DNA from: a virus
Taxonomy: Duplodnaviria > Heunggongvirae > Uroviricota > Caudoviricetes
IMG/VR virus record: IMGVR_UViG_3300045988_154391
Length of the DNA stretch: 64,000 bases
Strand: one strand, 5' to 3'
A program made the translations under genes and the position numbers. The notes under the pieces were generated by a model, which ran no database searches, was not told the DNA's origin, and was given only the letters and a program-made list of their open reading frames with translations. This document shows positions 31,973-41,620 of the stretch, one piece after another. The first letter of the stretch is position 1. Every line of letters begins with the position of its first letter.

Positions 31973-32266
31973 TTAAGGTTCAGACCAGTTATCTTCAATA
32001 GCAATGCTTAATCTTTGTAGCCATTCTGCTAATTTCAGCATTGCTTCTCTTTCGCTTAAACCACACGGAAAATCATCAAGCGATATTGTTGGCTTGAAGT
32101 TTCCCAAATTATCCATTTCAACGGTCAGATTTTGCTCCAGAACGGTATTTCTTACGCGGCTATTGTGCCGAAGCAAATATACTGAACGTGATTTATTGGT
32201 TTTGTGGTCGAACGTATATTCGGTAAGTATCATCTGACTTCCGCCATGATTATTACCGCGCCACAT
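31973..32266 (-). CDS. Hypothetical protein
   Basis: ORF in the accessory block; start ambiguous. Confidence 0.45.
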   Translation of the reverse strand: MWRGNNHGGSQMILTEYTFDHKTNKSRSVYLLRHNSRVRNTVLEQNLTVEMDNLGNFKPTISLDDFPCGLSEREAMLKLAEWLQRLSIAIEDNWSEP

Positions 32267-32289
32267 AATTACTCCGTGTTAATTGAAAT

Positions 32290-32571
32290 TTAGCTATTAA
32301 TCTTCACTTTTATCGCGTACACCTTTACCGGTTTATCACCGAAGTGTGGATGTGTGATTGTTTTTATTTCATATCCGTTATACGGGACGTCAATTCTGCG
32401 ACTGAAGTCTTCGCGCTTCGGATATCCCTTTGTGATAATCAGGCGGTCATACTCGCGGAACATAATTCGCTTATTCCAGTAGTCATTACACAGGCGATAC
32501 TCTTCCGTTTTCTCTCCGCGAATCATGGCATCGAAGTATTCACCTTTAACGGCAAGTTGCAGGTTAGCCAC
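32290..32571 (-). CDS. Small ASCH/PUA-like protein
   Basis: Motif pattern GEYFDAMIRGEKTEEYR ... YDRLIITKGYP resembles ASCH/DUF3850-type domains. Confidence 0.5.
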   Translation of the reverse strand: MANLQLAVKGEYFDAMIRGEKTEEYRLCNDYWNKRIMFREYDRLIITKGYPKREDFSRRIDVPYNGYEIKTITHPHFGDKPVKVYAIKVKINS

Positions 32572-32851
32572 GACCTTCCTCCTTTGGCTTGTGAATTTGT
32601 ATCGTCATGCCGCTTTGAGTGGTGACTACAACGACAGAACCAGGCTGAAGACTGTTAAGATTGAATGCTTCGTAAAACGAAGCCAAGGCCAGCGCTTTTT
32701 TATTCTTTCGGTTCCACCAACGCCATCCATTGCTACAGGCTACACTGACAATCCACTGTCCACTCCTGTAAGCCATATAAAACCAGATGAGCAAAACCTG
32801 AATGAATGCTATCCAGTCAATAATCGTATATTTCGCGAAGGAGACCATCAA
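32564..32851 (-). CDS. Small membrane protein, paralog A
   Basis: Shares the segment KKALALASFYEAFNLNSLQPGS with the 34449-34772 product (RQKALEAFYDAFELSRIEPGTT). Confidence 0.5.
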   Translation of the reverse strand: MMVSFAKYTIIDWIAFIQVLLIWFYMAYRSGQWIVSVACSNGWRWWNRKNKKALALASFYEAFNLNSLQPGSVVVVTTQSGMTIQIHKPKEEGRG

Positions 32852-33420
32852 TTAACCTCCTGCGGCGGTTCCGGTAGAGGCATCCAGTACAAGGCGTTCC
32901 CTAACCACGATAAAGTGCCGTCGCTCAACTCCACGTATTCCCCTTGTACCTGTCCTGCCATATACTCGCCGTGCTTTGAATAAATTAAAATCCAATCATC
33001 TTGAGCGGGCATTCGCTCACTACAGCTTATCCAACCATCCGGAGTTACCGGATAGTTGCCCGACAGCTCGTTCAACTTGTAAGTTTGGCTTACAGGTTCG
33101 GCTTCCAGTTCTGCAATGCGCTTCTCTGCAGCTTCCAGCTCAACGCGCAGCTTCCCTACCGTTAGCGCAATTTCCTCGTTCTCCTGGTCGCGGCGTTTGA
33201 TGTATTGCTGGTTTCTTTCCCGTTCATCCAGCAGCGCCAGCACGGTTTCTGGTCCGGTCAGAAATTTGAAGGCGTTGAGCGCATCAATATCCACACCGTA
33301 ATCCTTAAGTTCCTGTTCACTTAACAAATCATCATCAACTGGCAACATTAACAGGCGTTCCATTGCCGGAATTGCACGTTCTGCCGCCTCACGCAGTGCC
33401 TGATAGTTAATTTTGGTCAT
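32848..33420 (-). CDS. Ead/Ea22-like protein, paralog 1
   Basis: N-terminal NYQALREAAERAIP motif shared with the 34736-35611 product; central coiled coil (IAELEAE). Confidence 0.6.
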   Translation of the reverse strand: MTKINYQALREAAERAIPAMERLLMLPVDDDLLSEQELKDYGVDIDALNAFKFLTGPETVLALLDERERNQQYIKRRDQENEEIALTVGKLRVELEAAEKRIAELEAEPVSQTYKLNELSGNYPVTPDGWISCSERMPAQDDWILIYSKHGEYMAGQVQGEYVELSDGTLSWLGNALYWMPLPEPPQEVN

Positions 33421-33421
33421 A

Positions 33422-33721
33422 TCACATCCTCCTGAAGCCGTTGCATTTACGTAAAAAATCGCAGATATAGCCCTTCATTTTTTCGTGCCAATCTCGATCA
33501 TTCCCATTGCACCAACCATCAGGTGGAGTCCAGTTTTCTATCAGAGCAGCCATTTTCTTTGCTTTCGCCGGAGTAGCTGTTGCGGTATCGCAGTAATGAC
33601 GAGTGTCAACCAACGTATCCATACCATCGATATCAAGTACGCAAAACCATGTGTGATTCGGCATTTCAACAGATGGTATTTGTTGCCCACGTCGACGTTT
33701 ATCAATAAGACATACAGTCAC
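33422..33721 (-). CDS. Hypothetical Cys/Trp-rich protein (99 aa)
   Basis: ORF tightly packed between two Ead-like paralogs. Confidence 0.45.
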   Translation of the reverse strand: MTVCLIDKRRRGQQIPSVEMPNHTWFCVLDIDGMDTLVDTRHYCDTATATPAKAKKMAALIENWTPPDGWCNGNDRDWHEKMKGYICDFLRKCNGFRRM

Positions 33722-34452
33722 TGGTTGCCTCCTTTGCGAAGCTGGGCAGCAAAGTCAACTAACCACTCAGTCATTTCAACCTTCCCTACCAGGTCTGAAC
33801 CAGGGTGCATACAGCAATCACTCTGCGCCGCTTTGAAATCCTTATACTCATATTCTTGGGCCACCAGATTTTTTGCAGCTTCTATAGCAGCATCCACGCC
33901 CTGCGCCCGCACTTCAGCCAGGAAAGCATCGGTGGCTGGCATATTTCCTGTTGCCTTCATGGCCTCCAAAATAACCAGAACGCCATCTCGCCCAACCACC
34001 TCAGCGATAACCTCAGTGTTGTCGCCAACAACATCGCAGAATGCCTGAACTGCCTTACGAGCCAGCTCATTCTCCACTGCCAGCGCCGTGCGATTACCCT
34101 CCAGCTCTGCAATGCGCTGTTTTGCGGCATCCAGTTCAATCGACAATTTTTCCAACTGCTCTTGATGCTTCTTGTATTCCTGATATGCGTGCCAAGACTG
34201 ACCTTTGCGCACACTATCAGTGATATCAGTAATCTGTTCTGGTGTTAGCGTGGTCAGTGGCTGTGATGGGAAAATAAGCACTTTCCCGGAATCCCAATCA
34301 AAACCAGCGTGAATTGACTGAACCTCAACTGAAGGTGTTGAACCAATGCTGCCAGGCGAATGAACAACGATTGTTACATCCATATCGCGACGATGGCTGT
34401 GGTTGTTGGACAAAATACGATTCACCAACTCAGAAAATTTGGAAAATTTCAT
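33718..34452 (-). CDS. Ead/Ea22-like protein, paralog 2
   Basis: C-terminal ATDAFLAEVRAQGVDAAIEAAKN shared with paralog 3 (ATDAFLSEIRAEARNEGI); coiled coil IAELEGN. Confidence 0.6.
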   Translation of the reverse strand: MKFSKFSELVNRILSNNHSHRRDMDVTIVVHSPGSIGSTPSVEVQSIHAGFDWDSGKVLIFPSQPLTTLTPEQITDITDSVRKGQSWHAYQEYKKHQEQLEKLSIELDAAKQRIAELEGNRTALAVENELARKAVQAFCDVVGDNTEVIAEVVGRDGVLVILEAMKATGNMPATDAFLAEVRAQGVDAAIEAAKNLVAQEYEYKDFKAAQSDCCMHPGSDLVGKVEMTEWLVDFAAQLRKGGNQ

Positions 34453-34772
34453 GCTGATTCCCCTTTCTCTGCTCTCTCCTGTCGGAACATCACTATCATC
34501 AGGTCGCCTTTTGTCGCTATCCTGGCTGTTGTACCTGGTTCAATGCGGCTAAGCTCAAATGCGTCATAGAACGCTTCTAATGCCTTCTGGCGTAGTTCCT
34601 GTTTGCGCCGTTTTTTCCACTGTTTTAGGAAAATGGAACCCAGCCATCGCCATGTGCGGGACATGATGTAAAGCCAACCGAGAAGTGCCAGACCGGTATT
34701 TAGGAGCGTATCGATCGTTATTGTCGTGTCGATATTCACTGGCTGCTTCCTTTGCGAATCTGTTCCGCCCAT
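34449..34772 (-). CDS. Small membrane protein, paralog B
   Basis: Paralog of the 32564-32851 product; one hydrophobic helix. Confidence 0.5.
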   Translation of the reverse strand: MGGTDSQRKQPVNIDTTITIDTLLNTGLALLGWLYIMSRTWRWLGSIFLKQWKKRRKQELRQKALEAFYDAFELSRIEPGTTARIATKGDLMIVMFRQERAEKGESA

Positions 34773-35611
34773 TCTTCAAGGGATTTCTCCGCATATTCAC
34801 CAGACAGGCCATCAATCGGATGCGCTTCATTAGCCAACTCTTCTTTCGCTGACAAAATCATGCGTGTAACGTCGAAAACTTCACGCAAAGACTTATTGAT
34901 AAATCCGTGATTGAACGCAGCAGCAAGACGGCTGGCGGTATAGTTAATCCCCTCGTTGCGTGCTTCCGCACGAATTTCAGACAGGAAAGCATCGGTGGCT
35001 GGGGTTTCGACATTAGGTCGAAGCTCATAATCACAAACTCTTTCAATCCATGGTGATACTCTGTCGCATTTCCTCTTCTTGCGTTCACCGACCTTGGTTG
35101 CCTGCTGAATAATTACCCCCCAGCAAATGCTTTCGACCTCTTCGCTCCATCCATCGCAAGCATCGCCTCTATAGTCGTCAATTGCAGCCTCAGCAGCAGC
35201 GATAGCCTCCTCAGCAGTTTTGTGACACTCGAAACTAAATTCAGAGCCATATGAGAAATACATAGCCCCGGCCTTCAGCGCCGCATTCTCCGCTGCCAGC
35301 GCCGCGAGATTAGTCTCAAGCTCTGCAATTCGACACATAGCATCAATATTTGTGTCCTCCAGGCGCTTAATTTCACCAAGCAGCTCCAGTGCAACCTTTG
35401 GGTTGAACGCGGCAACATAACGAGCGTTGTTCTCTGCATTTTTCTGTCCATCAAAGCCGGTCCATTTGATAACGTCTTCACATCGTTCATCACCGGGCGT
35501 GTGCACCGCATAAGTACCAGTATCCGTCGAAATAAATGCGACCCATTCGTCTGGTGTTGCCTTTTCTGCCGCCTCACGCAGTACCTGATAGTCAATTGTC
35601 ATTCTCGCCAT
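34736..35611 (-). CDS. Ead/Ea22-like protein, paralog 3
   Basis: N-terminal DYQVLREAAEKATP and C-terminal ATDAFLSEIRAEA motifs; coiled coil IAELETN. Confidence 0.6.
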   Translation of the reverse strand: MARMTIDYQVLREAAEKATPDEWVAFISTDTGTYAVHTPGDERCEDVIKWTGFDGQKNAENNARYVAAFNPKVALELLGEIKRLEDTNIDAMCRIAELETNLAALAAENAALKAGAMYFSYGSEFSFECHKTAEEAIAAAEAAIDDYRGDACDGWSEEVESICWGVIIQQATKVGERKKRKCDRVSPWIERVCDYELRPNVETPATDAFLSEIRAEARNEGINYTASRLAAAFNHGFINKSLREVFDVTRMILSAKEELANEAHPIDGLSGEYAEKSLEEWAEQIRKGSSQ

Positions 35612-36243
35612 CCTTCACAGTTGTAATCACTACAGCCTTCAAAATCATATGGGCTGTACTGCCAGGTTATTTTTCCGCAATGCGGACAATTCCAACGCAC
35701 CTTCCCGCTTCGCGACTTCTTTCTTCTGTTTTGCTTTTTCAACCAGTCAGGCATGACCAAACCTGCGCCCTGAACCATTGTTCTGCGGTTAAAGTTATTG
35801 ATATTGAACGTCCGGCGCTTTGCTGCATCAGCAATGGAAAATGGCAACCAAACTATTCCTGGTTCGTTTTTGTTGGCGACGCTAAAGATGGTCGCTTTAC
35901 TGAAGTCATCTGTTGGCAATCCACCGTGTTGAAGCCAGTAAACATCGTTGCCGTTCCAGCTACCTTTTTTGTAGGCCACATACGCAGTGCAATCTGACTC
36001 AATCAGGCTTTCTGTAGGGATGTACTGGCAATCAACGTGCCACACAGCCATTGCATCCACGCTATCAGCGCAAACAGGCTGATCGATATCTCGTCCACAA
36101 TTCCAGGCTTTTTGGGCTGCTTCCAGCGTGTAAACATGAGCGCGATCGATATCAGAACTGTAACCATTGCCGTTATGGCAATGGAATGAGGCGTTATTAC
36201 CCACAGTTTCACGCAAGCACATCATGTAAAAGCGGTTATTCAC
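35599..36243 (-). CDS. Hypothetical protein with C-terminal zinc-ribbon (CPHCG ... C..C)
   Basis: 214-aa ORF in the accessory block. Confidence 0.55.
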   Translation of the reverse strand: MNNRFYMMCLRETVGNNASFHCHNGNGYSSDIDRAHVYTLEAAQKAWNCGRDIDQPVCADSVDAMAVWHVDCQYIPTESLIESDCTAYVAYKKGSWNGNDVYWLQHGGLPTDDFSKATIFSVANKNEPGIVWLPFSIADAAKRRTFNINNFNRRTMVQGAGLVMPDWLKKQNRRKKSRSGKVRWNCPHCGKITWQYSPYDFEGCSDYNCEGWRE

Positions 36244-36451
36244 TGGATGCCTCCCAGCAAATTTGTCTTATATAAGAACTGTTAACGCGCTTTACTTTCC
36301 CGTCGAACTCCAGTTTCTTTAGACGACGCAAAACGTATGCCGTTTTGAGTGTGCGATATTTATCCCTAAGCCAGTTGGTCACGACGTAAGTCATACAGCG
36401 CCCGTGTTCTTCCAACACCCGAACTATTTCTTCGTCGGTTGGCTTGCTCAT
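36236..36451 (-). CDS. Small hypothetical protein (71 aa)
   Basis: Overlapping-stop arrangement within the operon. Confidence 0.45.
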   Translation of the reverse strand: MSKPTDEEIVRVLEEHGRCMTYVVTNWLRDKYRTLKTAYVLRRLKKLEFDGKVKRVNSSYIRQICWEASSE

Positions 36452-36669
36452 TTTGTCGCTCCTTCAGCTTTCTCTACTTTCGCTGCCATGATTTCCAGCT
36501 TTTGTGCTGCCGATGCCGCTAACCTGTGAAATTCATCATCTGTTTCAACTGGAATTGGTACAAACCTGACACCAATTTGAGCAAGGCTATGCGCCATTTC
36601 GAGACTTGCTCTTAACTCTGCTGGGGATGCTTTATTCAGGCCGACTTCCTCACAAATAACTGATTGCAT
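36448..36669 (-). CDS. Small hypothetical protein (73 aa)
   Basis: Overlapping-stop arrangement within the operon. Confidence 0.45.
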   Translation of the reverse strand: MQSVICEEVGLNKASPAELRASLEMAHSLAQIGVRFVPIPVETDDEFHRLAASAAQKLEIMAAKVEKAEGATK

Positions 36670-36678
36670 ACGCTCGCC

Positions 36679-37284
36679 CTACTGAATACGCTCAAACTCG
36701 ATTACCCAAACCCAGGGATTAGCACTCCAGCTTTCTTCGCCGTAGATGGATTCCCACAGGCGCTGGAACGCAACCTTGGCCATTGCGAAATCCCCCTTGG
36801 GAGTAAGGAATGTTCCCGGGTGATCAGGAAGCAAACTTCCAGCAGGCGGAACGCCCTCATCCCTTGCATCGCATTCGCTGATATCGTTCAACCGCTCAAC
36901 GCGCACGTTGGTAATTTCCAGAAGAATGCGCGATGCCCAGCGCGGCATGTGAATTGATGGCGTCCACTTTTCTGATACTGGTTTATTACAAACCTCGACC
37001 GGAACCCGGTGCGTTTGTTCTGTCCAGGAGTTACGCACGCTTGCGCGATAAACCAGCGTTGCGACGTCCGTCGCTTTGCCATGTACCCGGTAGGTTTCGC
37101 GAACCCAAATACGATCGCCCGGTTGACCATATGGACAATGCTTGGCAAGCAACTCTGCGGCCACTGCCCGTCCATAGAATTTTTCTTCAACAATCCTGCG
37201 AGTCTGTGTTTTATTCCCGCCAAGAATTGCCCGGACCATCTCATCGTTAAAAATCATGCCGCGCTCTTTCACTTCGCCTTTCAT
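36679..37284 (-). CDS. ASCH-domain protein (201 aa)
   Basis: Pattern TQTRRIV ... GDRIWVRETY ... HMPRWASRILLEITNVRVERL is typical of ASCH domains. Confidence 0.6.
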   Translation of the reverse strand: MKGEVKERGMIFNDEMVRAILGGNKTQTRRIVEEKFYGRAVAAELLAKHCPYGQPGDRIWVRETYRVHGKATDVATLVYRASVRNSWTEQTHRVPVEVCNKPVSEKWTPSIHMPRWASRILLEITNVRVERLNDISECDARDEGVPPAGSLLPDHPGTFLTPKGDFAMAKVAFQRLWESIYGEESWSANPWVWVIEFERIQ

Positions 37285-37462
37285 GCATCCCCCTTACCCA
37301 TGTGCGACGATGCCGCCAAAAGTGATAGAGAACAGCCAGAAATAGATCGCGGCCATAATGATTTTGAATGCCGTGTTCATATTTTCATCTCCTGTGATTG
37401 ATTGGATACATGCCGCGCCTTGCGGCATGTTTTTATTTTCACTTTCTCTGTTTTAAAAATCA

Positions 37463-37479
37463 ATATTTATTAGAGCAAT
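37463..37479 (-). promoter_or_regulatory. C1 operator at the 3' end of pap
   Basis: ATATTTATTAGAGCAAT, one mismatch; overlaps the pap stop codon. Confidence 0.7.
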
Positions 37480-37985
37480 TATTGTTGATGGAGAAGCGCG
37501 TTTTCATACTCCCTGACCATTAACGTAAGCACGCCGTGCCTCCTGAAAACACGCGCCACTTCAATCTTATCTTCCAGCGCGAACGCGATTTTACTTAGAC
37601 CAATTTTCTTAAGGAGATCAATCTTTGCTGGGCCGTCATTTCTGTCATCGGTGGCAGGACGCATAGATAGCAAAGGCTCAGCCCCGTTTGTTACGTACTT
37701 CCGCAGCCAGGCTCGTGTTTTATCCCTTGCGATCTCACAGCGCCCGGTTACAAACCAGACCGTGTAAACGTTAAATAACTGGCGCACAATATCAATAACT
37801 GGAGTTATGGGAGTATCAGTGTCACAGGCGAGATTAAACTCGTTCCAGTCCTTTGTTAATGCACCTTTACCTGGTGGCGGAAGCAAATGCAGTCTGTCTT
37901 CAGTTGCCTCTGATATTGTTCCATCAATATCAACTATGACGATATACGGACGTTCCTGGTGTGCGTGTTTATTGAAAATACTCAA
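37479..37985 (-). CDS. pap: HAD-superfamily phosphatase (Pap-like)
   Basis: DxDGT motif (IVIVDIDGTISE) near the N-terminus. Confidence 0.7.
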   Translation of the reverse strand: MSIFNKHAHQERPYIVIVDIDGTISEATEDRLHLLPPPGKGALTKDWNEFNLACDTDTPITPVIDIVRQLFNVYTVWFVTGRCEIARDKTRAWLRKYVTNGAEPLLSMRPATDDRNDGPAKIDLLKKIGLSKIAFALEDKIEVARVFRRHGVLTLMVREYENALLHQQ

Positions 37986-38057
37986 ATGCCCTCCTCATTG
38001 GACGAAAAAAATGCTGGTGGGCGCACTCCACCAGCATTAAAAGTGACACTGTAACTG

Positions 38058-39320
38058 TCAGCGAACGTAAATAGTGCCGCCGTTCTCTTTTTCCCATGCA
38101 TCGCTACGTGCATAGCAAACATCGAGAAGTCTTCTTGCCGCTGTTTCCTCTAAACCCAATTCGACAACCAACTGCTCATGACGGCGGGTAACCACATCAA
38201 ACAGGGTATGCAGCCCTTTAGCTGCCAGATCATCAATAAATTCCGGTTCGAACGGCAGCTCTGCCTCTGCCAACATAACCTCTTGCGCCCACTCAACTCG
38301 ACGGACCAGTTCCGGGCGGCGGCTTTCCATCTCTTTACAGATCAATTCATGGAAGAACTCTACCCAACCTTCCGGCTGGAACTCGCGGAAAATGGCCAAC
38401 GGCTGGAAGTTTGGCATCAACCATTCGTTGATCCGGATATCAATGGCATAGCCCATGTCGCAGCAGAACTGATAAGCAAAGTCCAGCTTAGAAACGATAT
38501 AAGGACGCTCGTTATTGAACTCTTTAGGCGATGAGATCCCATAAGCCAGGAGGCGCGGGAAGAAGGAGATTTGCCCTAACGTCGGATGAAGTTTGCTTGC
38601 AGGGAAACGGCGCTCAGTAATGCCATACATTTCCTTCTTGAGCGTCGCAAATTTGGCATTCTCATTAACCAGCGCGGTAACCTCTGCTTTTTTATTAGCA
38701 AATGCCACGCGCGCTTCGCTTGCATCTTTAATAGTTTTTTTGAGCTGTTGGTTAAGGTCGGCGACCTGCTTACGCAGTTCCTGTCGCTCGCTTTTAGCTT
38801 TGTTATAGCGTTTCTCAAGGTTAAAAGGATCAAGTTTCATGATCTCTTTATATTGAGATTTTAGCGTTGAAATCTGTGAGTTCCGCAGTTCAACCATCGC
38901 GGTCATTTCATTGAGTTTTGTTTCCAGCTCAATGCTTATACGTTCGGCATTATCAGCACGCTGGTTGGCGTCATGCGTCGCATCGTCGATCGCGTCCTGT
39001 TGCTGGCGTTTCAAATGTTCAATTTGCAGCTGAAGCTCTTCAATTTCTTTACCCTTCAGACCGAGATCCAACTGCATATTTTCAGCTGCATCGACCAGGG
39101 AGTTATGGCTATCAGCTTCTGCGTTATAAACATCAATAAGCTGTGCGTGAAGCATCTCCGCTGACTGAACCGCATTATCAAAAAAACGTGCTGTGAGGTC
39201 ATCACAACTAACGCGGCGTTGCGCGGCCCGGATGTTCTGGATAATGGCCGGGATACCGGCATTCAGGACATCAGGGATAGATACATTTTCGATTGATTGG
39301 TTTTGTGCTGAAGTGCTCAT
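38058..39320 (-). CDS. Coiled-coil protein (420 aa)
   Basis: Long heptad-rich central region. Confidence 0.6.
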   Translation of the reverse strand: MSTSAQNQSIENVSIPDVLNAGIPAIIQNIRAAQRRVSCDDLTARFFDNAVQSAEMLHAQLIDVYNAEADSHNSLVDAAENMQLDLGLKGKEIEELQLQIEHLKRQQQDAIDDATHDANQRADNAERISIELETKLNEMTAMVELRNSQISTLKSQYKEIMKLDPFNLEKRYNKAKSERQELRKQVADLNQQLKKTIKDASEARVAFANKKAEVTALVNENAKFATLKKEMYGITERRFPASKLHPTLGQISFFPRLLAYGISSPKEFNNERPYIVSKLDFAYQFCCDMGYAIDIRINEWLMPNFQPLAIFREFQPEGWVEFFHELICKEMESRRPELVRRVEWAQEVMLAEAELPFEPEFIDDLAAKGLHTLFDVVTRRHEQLVVELGLEETAARRLLDVCYARSDAWEKENGGTIYVR

Positions 39321-39321
39321 T

Positions 39322-39540
39322 TCAAAGTTCCGTATTAGCTTGTGCTTCGGTCATTTTTCCTAAGTATGAAGGTGGAAGGACTACGCAATTTGTATCCAGT
39401 CCCTCACCTATGGCAGCCTGTAAAATTCTGGCTAAGGTGAGTCTCTTGTTGCGATACCTGGTGATGACATGCCTGATACCGCCGGTCGGCGTAACAAAGG
39501 CGATCAGCCAGTAGTGATATTTCCGTCGGAATGGCCACAT
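39322..39540 (-). CDS. Small hypothetical protein (72 aa)
   Basis: Short ORF directly downstream of the operator pair; may be leader sequence. Confidence 0.35.
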   Translation of the reverse strand: MWPFRRKYHYWLIAFVTPTGGIRHVITRYRNKRLTLARILQAAIGEGLDTNCVVLPPSYLGKMTEAQANTEL

Positions 39541-39554
39541 AGTGCACCTTGTAG

Positions 39555-39571
39555 ATTGCTCTAATAAAAAA
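39555..39571 (+). promoter_or_regulatory. C1 operator, left member of an inverted pair
   Basis: ATTGCTCTAATAAAAAA; 14-nt core conserved. Confidence 0.6.
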
Positions 39572-39603
39572 CGTGATGAGTGTACATCACGTTTTAAAAA
39601 TAT
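39572..39603. terminator. Bidirectional hairpin terminator between the two inverted operators
   Basis: Stem CGTGATG/CATCACG with a 6-nt loop, A-run on one side and T-run on the other. Confidence 0.5.
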
Positions 39604-39620
39604 GGAATTATTAGAGCAAT
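39604..39620 (-). promoter_or_regulatory. C1-operator-like site, right member of the inverted pair
   Basis: GGAATTATTAGAGCAAT; core conserved. Confidence 0.5.
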
Positions 39621-39621
39621 A

Positions 39622-40323
39622 TTATTCTGATTCTCGCTCAAAAAATGAGCTGATAAGGGGAAGCCAATCCTCTGACACTTCGCGAGGTCGCGGTTTGCCG
39701 TGGAAAAAGATTATTCGGCAGTCTTTTGGTAATGCCCCATTCCCCCTGGAGTAACGCGCGCTCGCATATTTCGAACCAGGTTCCACAACATCGGCCTTGT
39801 AACTTACAAACCATCCCGGATACAGATCCTGAAATGCTGGTGTATCATCGCCCATAACCTTTCGTAAGAACCCCTGGTCACCCCAACACTCAGTAGTGAC
39901 ACAACGAGAAATCCAACCTTCCGGATCTTGCCAGAATGCACTCCAGATATGCGCTTTAACACTATTTGGTATCCACAGGGCACCGCTGCCACGATATTGT
40001 GGATGGTAAAAATCCCTAAGCATGGTGAAGCTGGTTGGTGGATGCTCTAGGATTGGGCGTATATCACCGGCAATAACCGTGTCCAAATCCAGATAGAACA
40101 GATCATCGGTTATATCCGGTCGGAACAACTCGATTTTCGCCCACCAGCCACGGCACTTTTGCCACTGGTTGATCAATGGGACAACTTTGACGCCAGGTAC
40201 ATGTAAACGCTTCAGGTCTGTCAGGCAAATAATTTCATAGCCTTTTGGCAGTTGATTAACCAGCCACTGCACATCGGAAGCGTTATAGTCACCACCAGAG
40301 CGAAAAACTAAAGCAATCTTCAT
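39622..40323 (-). CDS. Putative glycosyltransferase-like protein (DxD-type motif YLDLDTV)
   Basis: 233-aa ORF; start overlaps the ppp stop. Confidence 0.5.
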   Translation of the reverse strand: MKIALVFRSGGDYNASDVQWLVNQLPKGYEIICLTDLKRLHVPGVKVVPLINQWQKCRGWWAKIELFRPDITDDLFYLDLDTVIAGDIRPILEHPPTSFTMLRDFYHPQYRGSGALWIPNSVKAHIWSAFWQDPEGWISRCVTTECWGDQGFLRKVMGDDTPAFQDLYPGWFVSYKADVVEPGSKYASARYSRGNGALPKDCRIIFFHGKPRPREVSEDWLPLISSFFERESE

Positions 40324-41012
40324 GCTGCACCATCACCTTTCACTTTCATCAATGTCAGGTTTCCGCAAAATACGGCACCAGTGTCGATATACTGCTGATT
40401 CCAGAATGTCTTCGGGCTTTTCACCGGAGTGTGACCAAAGATAAAACGATCTGCGCCCGAAATTTCGCCACCAATATCATCCATCGAATCACTGATACGC
40501 TCGCGCGCCCAGACAACGTTGAAAAGCGGCACCTCCTTACCGAATTGATATTCATTATCCGGATAGTCGGCATGGGCTATAACGATAGTTTCTTGCCCGA
40601 TGTTCAACTCAATGATATAGGGCAGTCGTCTTACCAACTCCACCAGCGCCCTGGCTAATATTTCCTGATCAGCGTCCAGCATGAAGAACCATTGACCGCC
40701 ATTCATTAGCCAGTTATTCACGTTGCCATCAGGACTTAACGCATCAATCATCAGCCGCTCATGGTTGCCCATAACCGCTCTGAACCATGGCATCTGCAAT
40801 AGCTCCAGGCATTTAACATTTTCGGTGCCGCGATCGATAATGTCGCCGACCGATATCAGTAAATCCTGCGCAGGGTCAAAATCCACACGATGGAGTTCGG
40901 ACATCAGTCTGGTGTAGCAACCATGCAGATCACCAACAACCCAGACATTCCTGTATTTGGTACCGTCGATACGGTGATAAATTGTGGGTGCTATCATGTA
41001 TTCTTCAGCCAT
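40320..41012 (-). CDS. ppp: Ser/Thr protein phosphatase (calcineurin-like metallophosphatase)
   Basis: Motifs GDLHG, GDIIDRG and GNHE. Confidence 0.85.
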   Translation of the reverse strand: MAEEYMIAPTIYHRIDGTKYRNVWVVGDLHGCYTRLMSELHRVDFDPAQDLLISVGDIIDRGTENVKCLELLQMPWFRAVMGNHERLMIDALSPDGNVNNWLMNGGQWFFMLDADQEILARALVELVRRLPYIIELNIGQETIVIAHADYPDNEYQFGKEVPLFNVVWARERISDSMDDIGGEISGADRFIFGHTPVKSPKTFWNQQYIDTGAVFCGNLTLMKVKGDGAA

Positions 41013-41620
41013 TCTTTAAGAGTCATCTGCGGAATACCTCCCATTTTCCCGCATGAAACAACGTCAATCTGTTCACGCGCAGACTGGAATAACAAAGGCA
41101 GGTGACTTAGATTTTTTGGCGTGCCGCCGGAGTGAACTCGTGGCTCTTGCGTAGCGTCAACGCCCACCAGGGCTACATGTTTGAATCCGATATGGAAAGC
41201 CAGGTTCAGAGCACCATATGCACTATTGCCGCTGGCAATTTCATTCTCATCTTCGCAAAGGCCGAAATGTCCGGACCAGCGCCACGCCCACCACTCGGGA
41301 GAATTCGTATTTTTTGGCTCCATGCCGCGTTCAGCCACACGACGGAAGCACAGAACGCCGTCTCTGACTTCACGTTCTTTAACATCGGGTAGTGCCATGC
41401 AATAACAAACACCACGGCGACGGCGGCCACGACCAACGCGCCGCATATTGTCTGGCGATGGATCAAGTGTGAAAAAATAAGAAGCGCGGTTAAGCGAGTC
41501 GATGGCCCCATTGACCGCTATAATCGGTACTCCGCGCGGCGCAACAAAGTTTGCGGCGCTTGGGCCACTGCCGACGATAATAACGCGATCACTGCCTCTA
41601 AATTTATTCTTGGGAAACAT
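40994..41620 (-). CDS. GSGPS-motif protein (DUF115/GT42-like), paralog 1
   Basis: [12 protein letters not shown] ... PIIAVNGAI ... [10 protein letters not shown]; paralogous to the next gene. Confidence 0.55.
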   Translation of the reverse strand: MFPKNKFRGSDRVIIVGSGPSAANFVAPRGVPIIAVNGAIDSLNRASYFFTLDPSPDNMRRVGRGRRRRGVCYCMALPDVKEREVRDGVLCFRRVAERGMEPKNTNSPEWWAWRWSGHFGLCEDENEIASGNSAYGALNLAFHIGFKHVALVGVDATQEPRVHSGGTPKNLSHLPLLFQSAREQIDVVSCGKMGGIPQMTLKEWLKNT

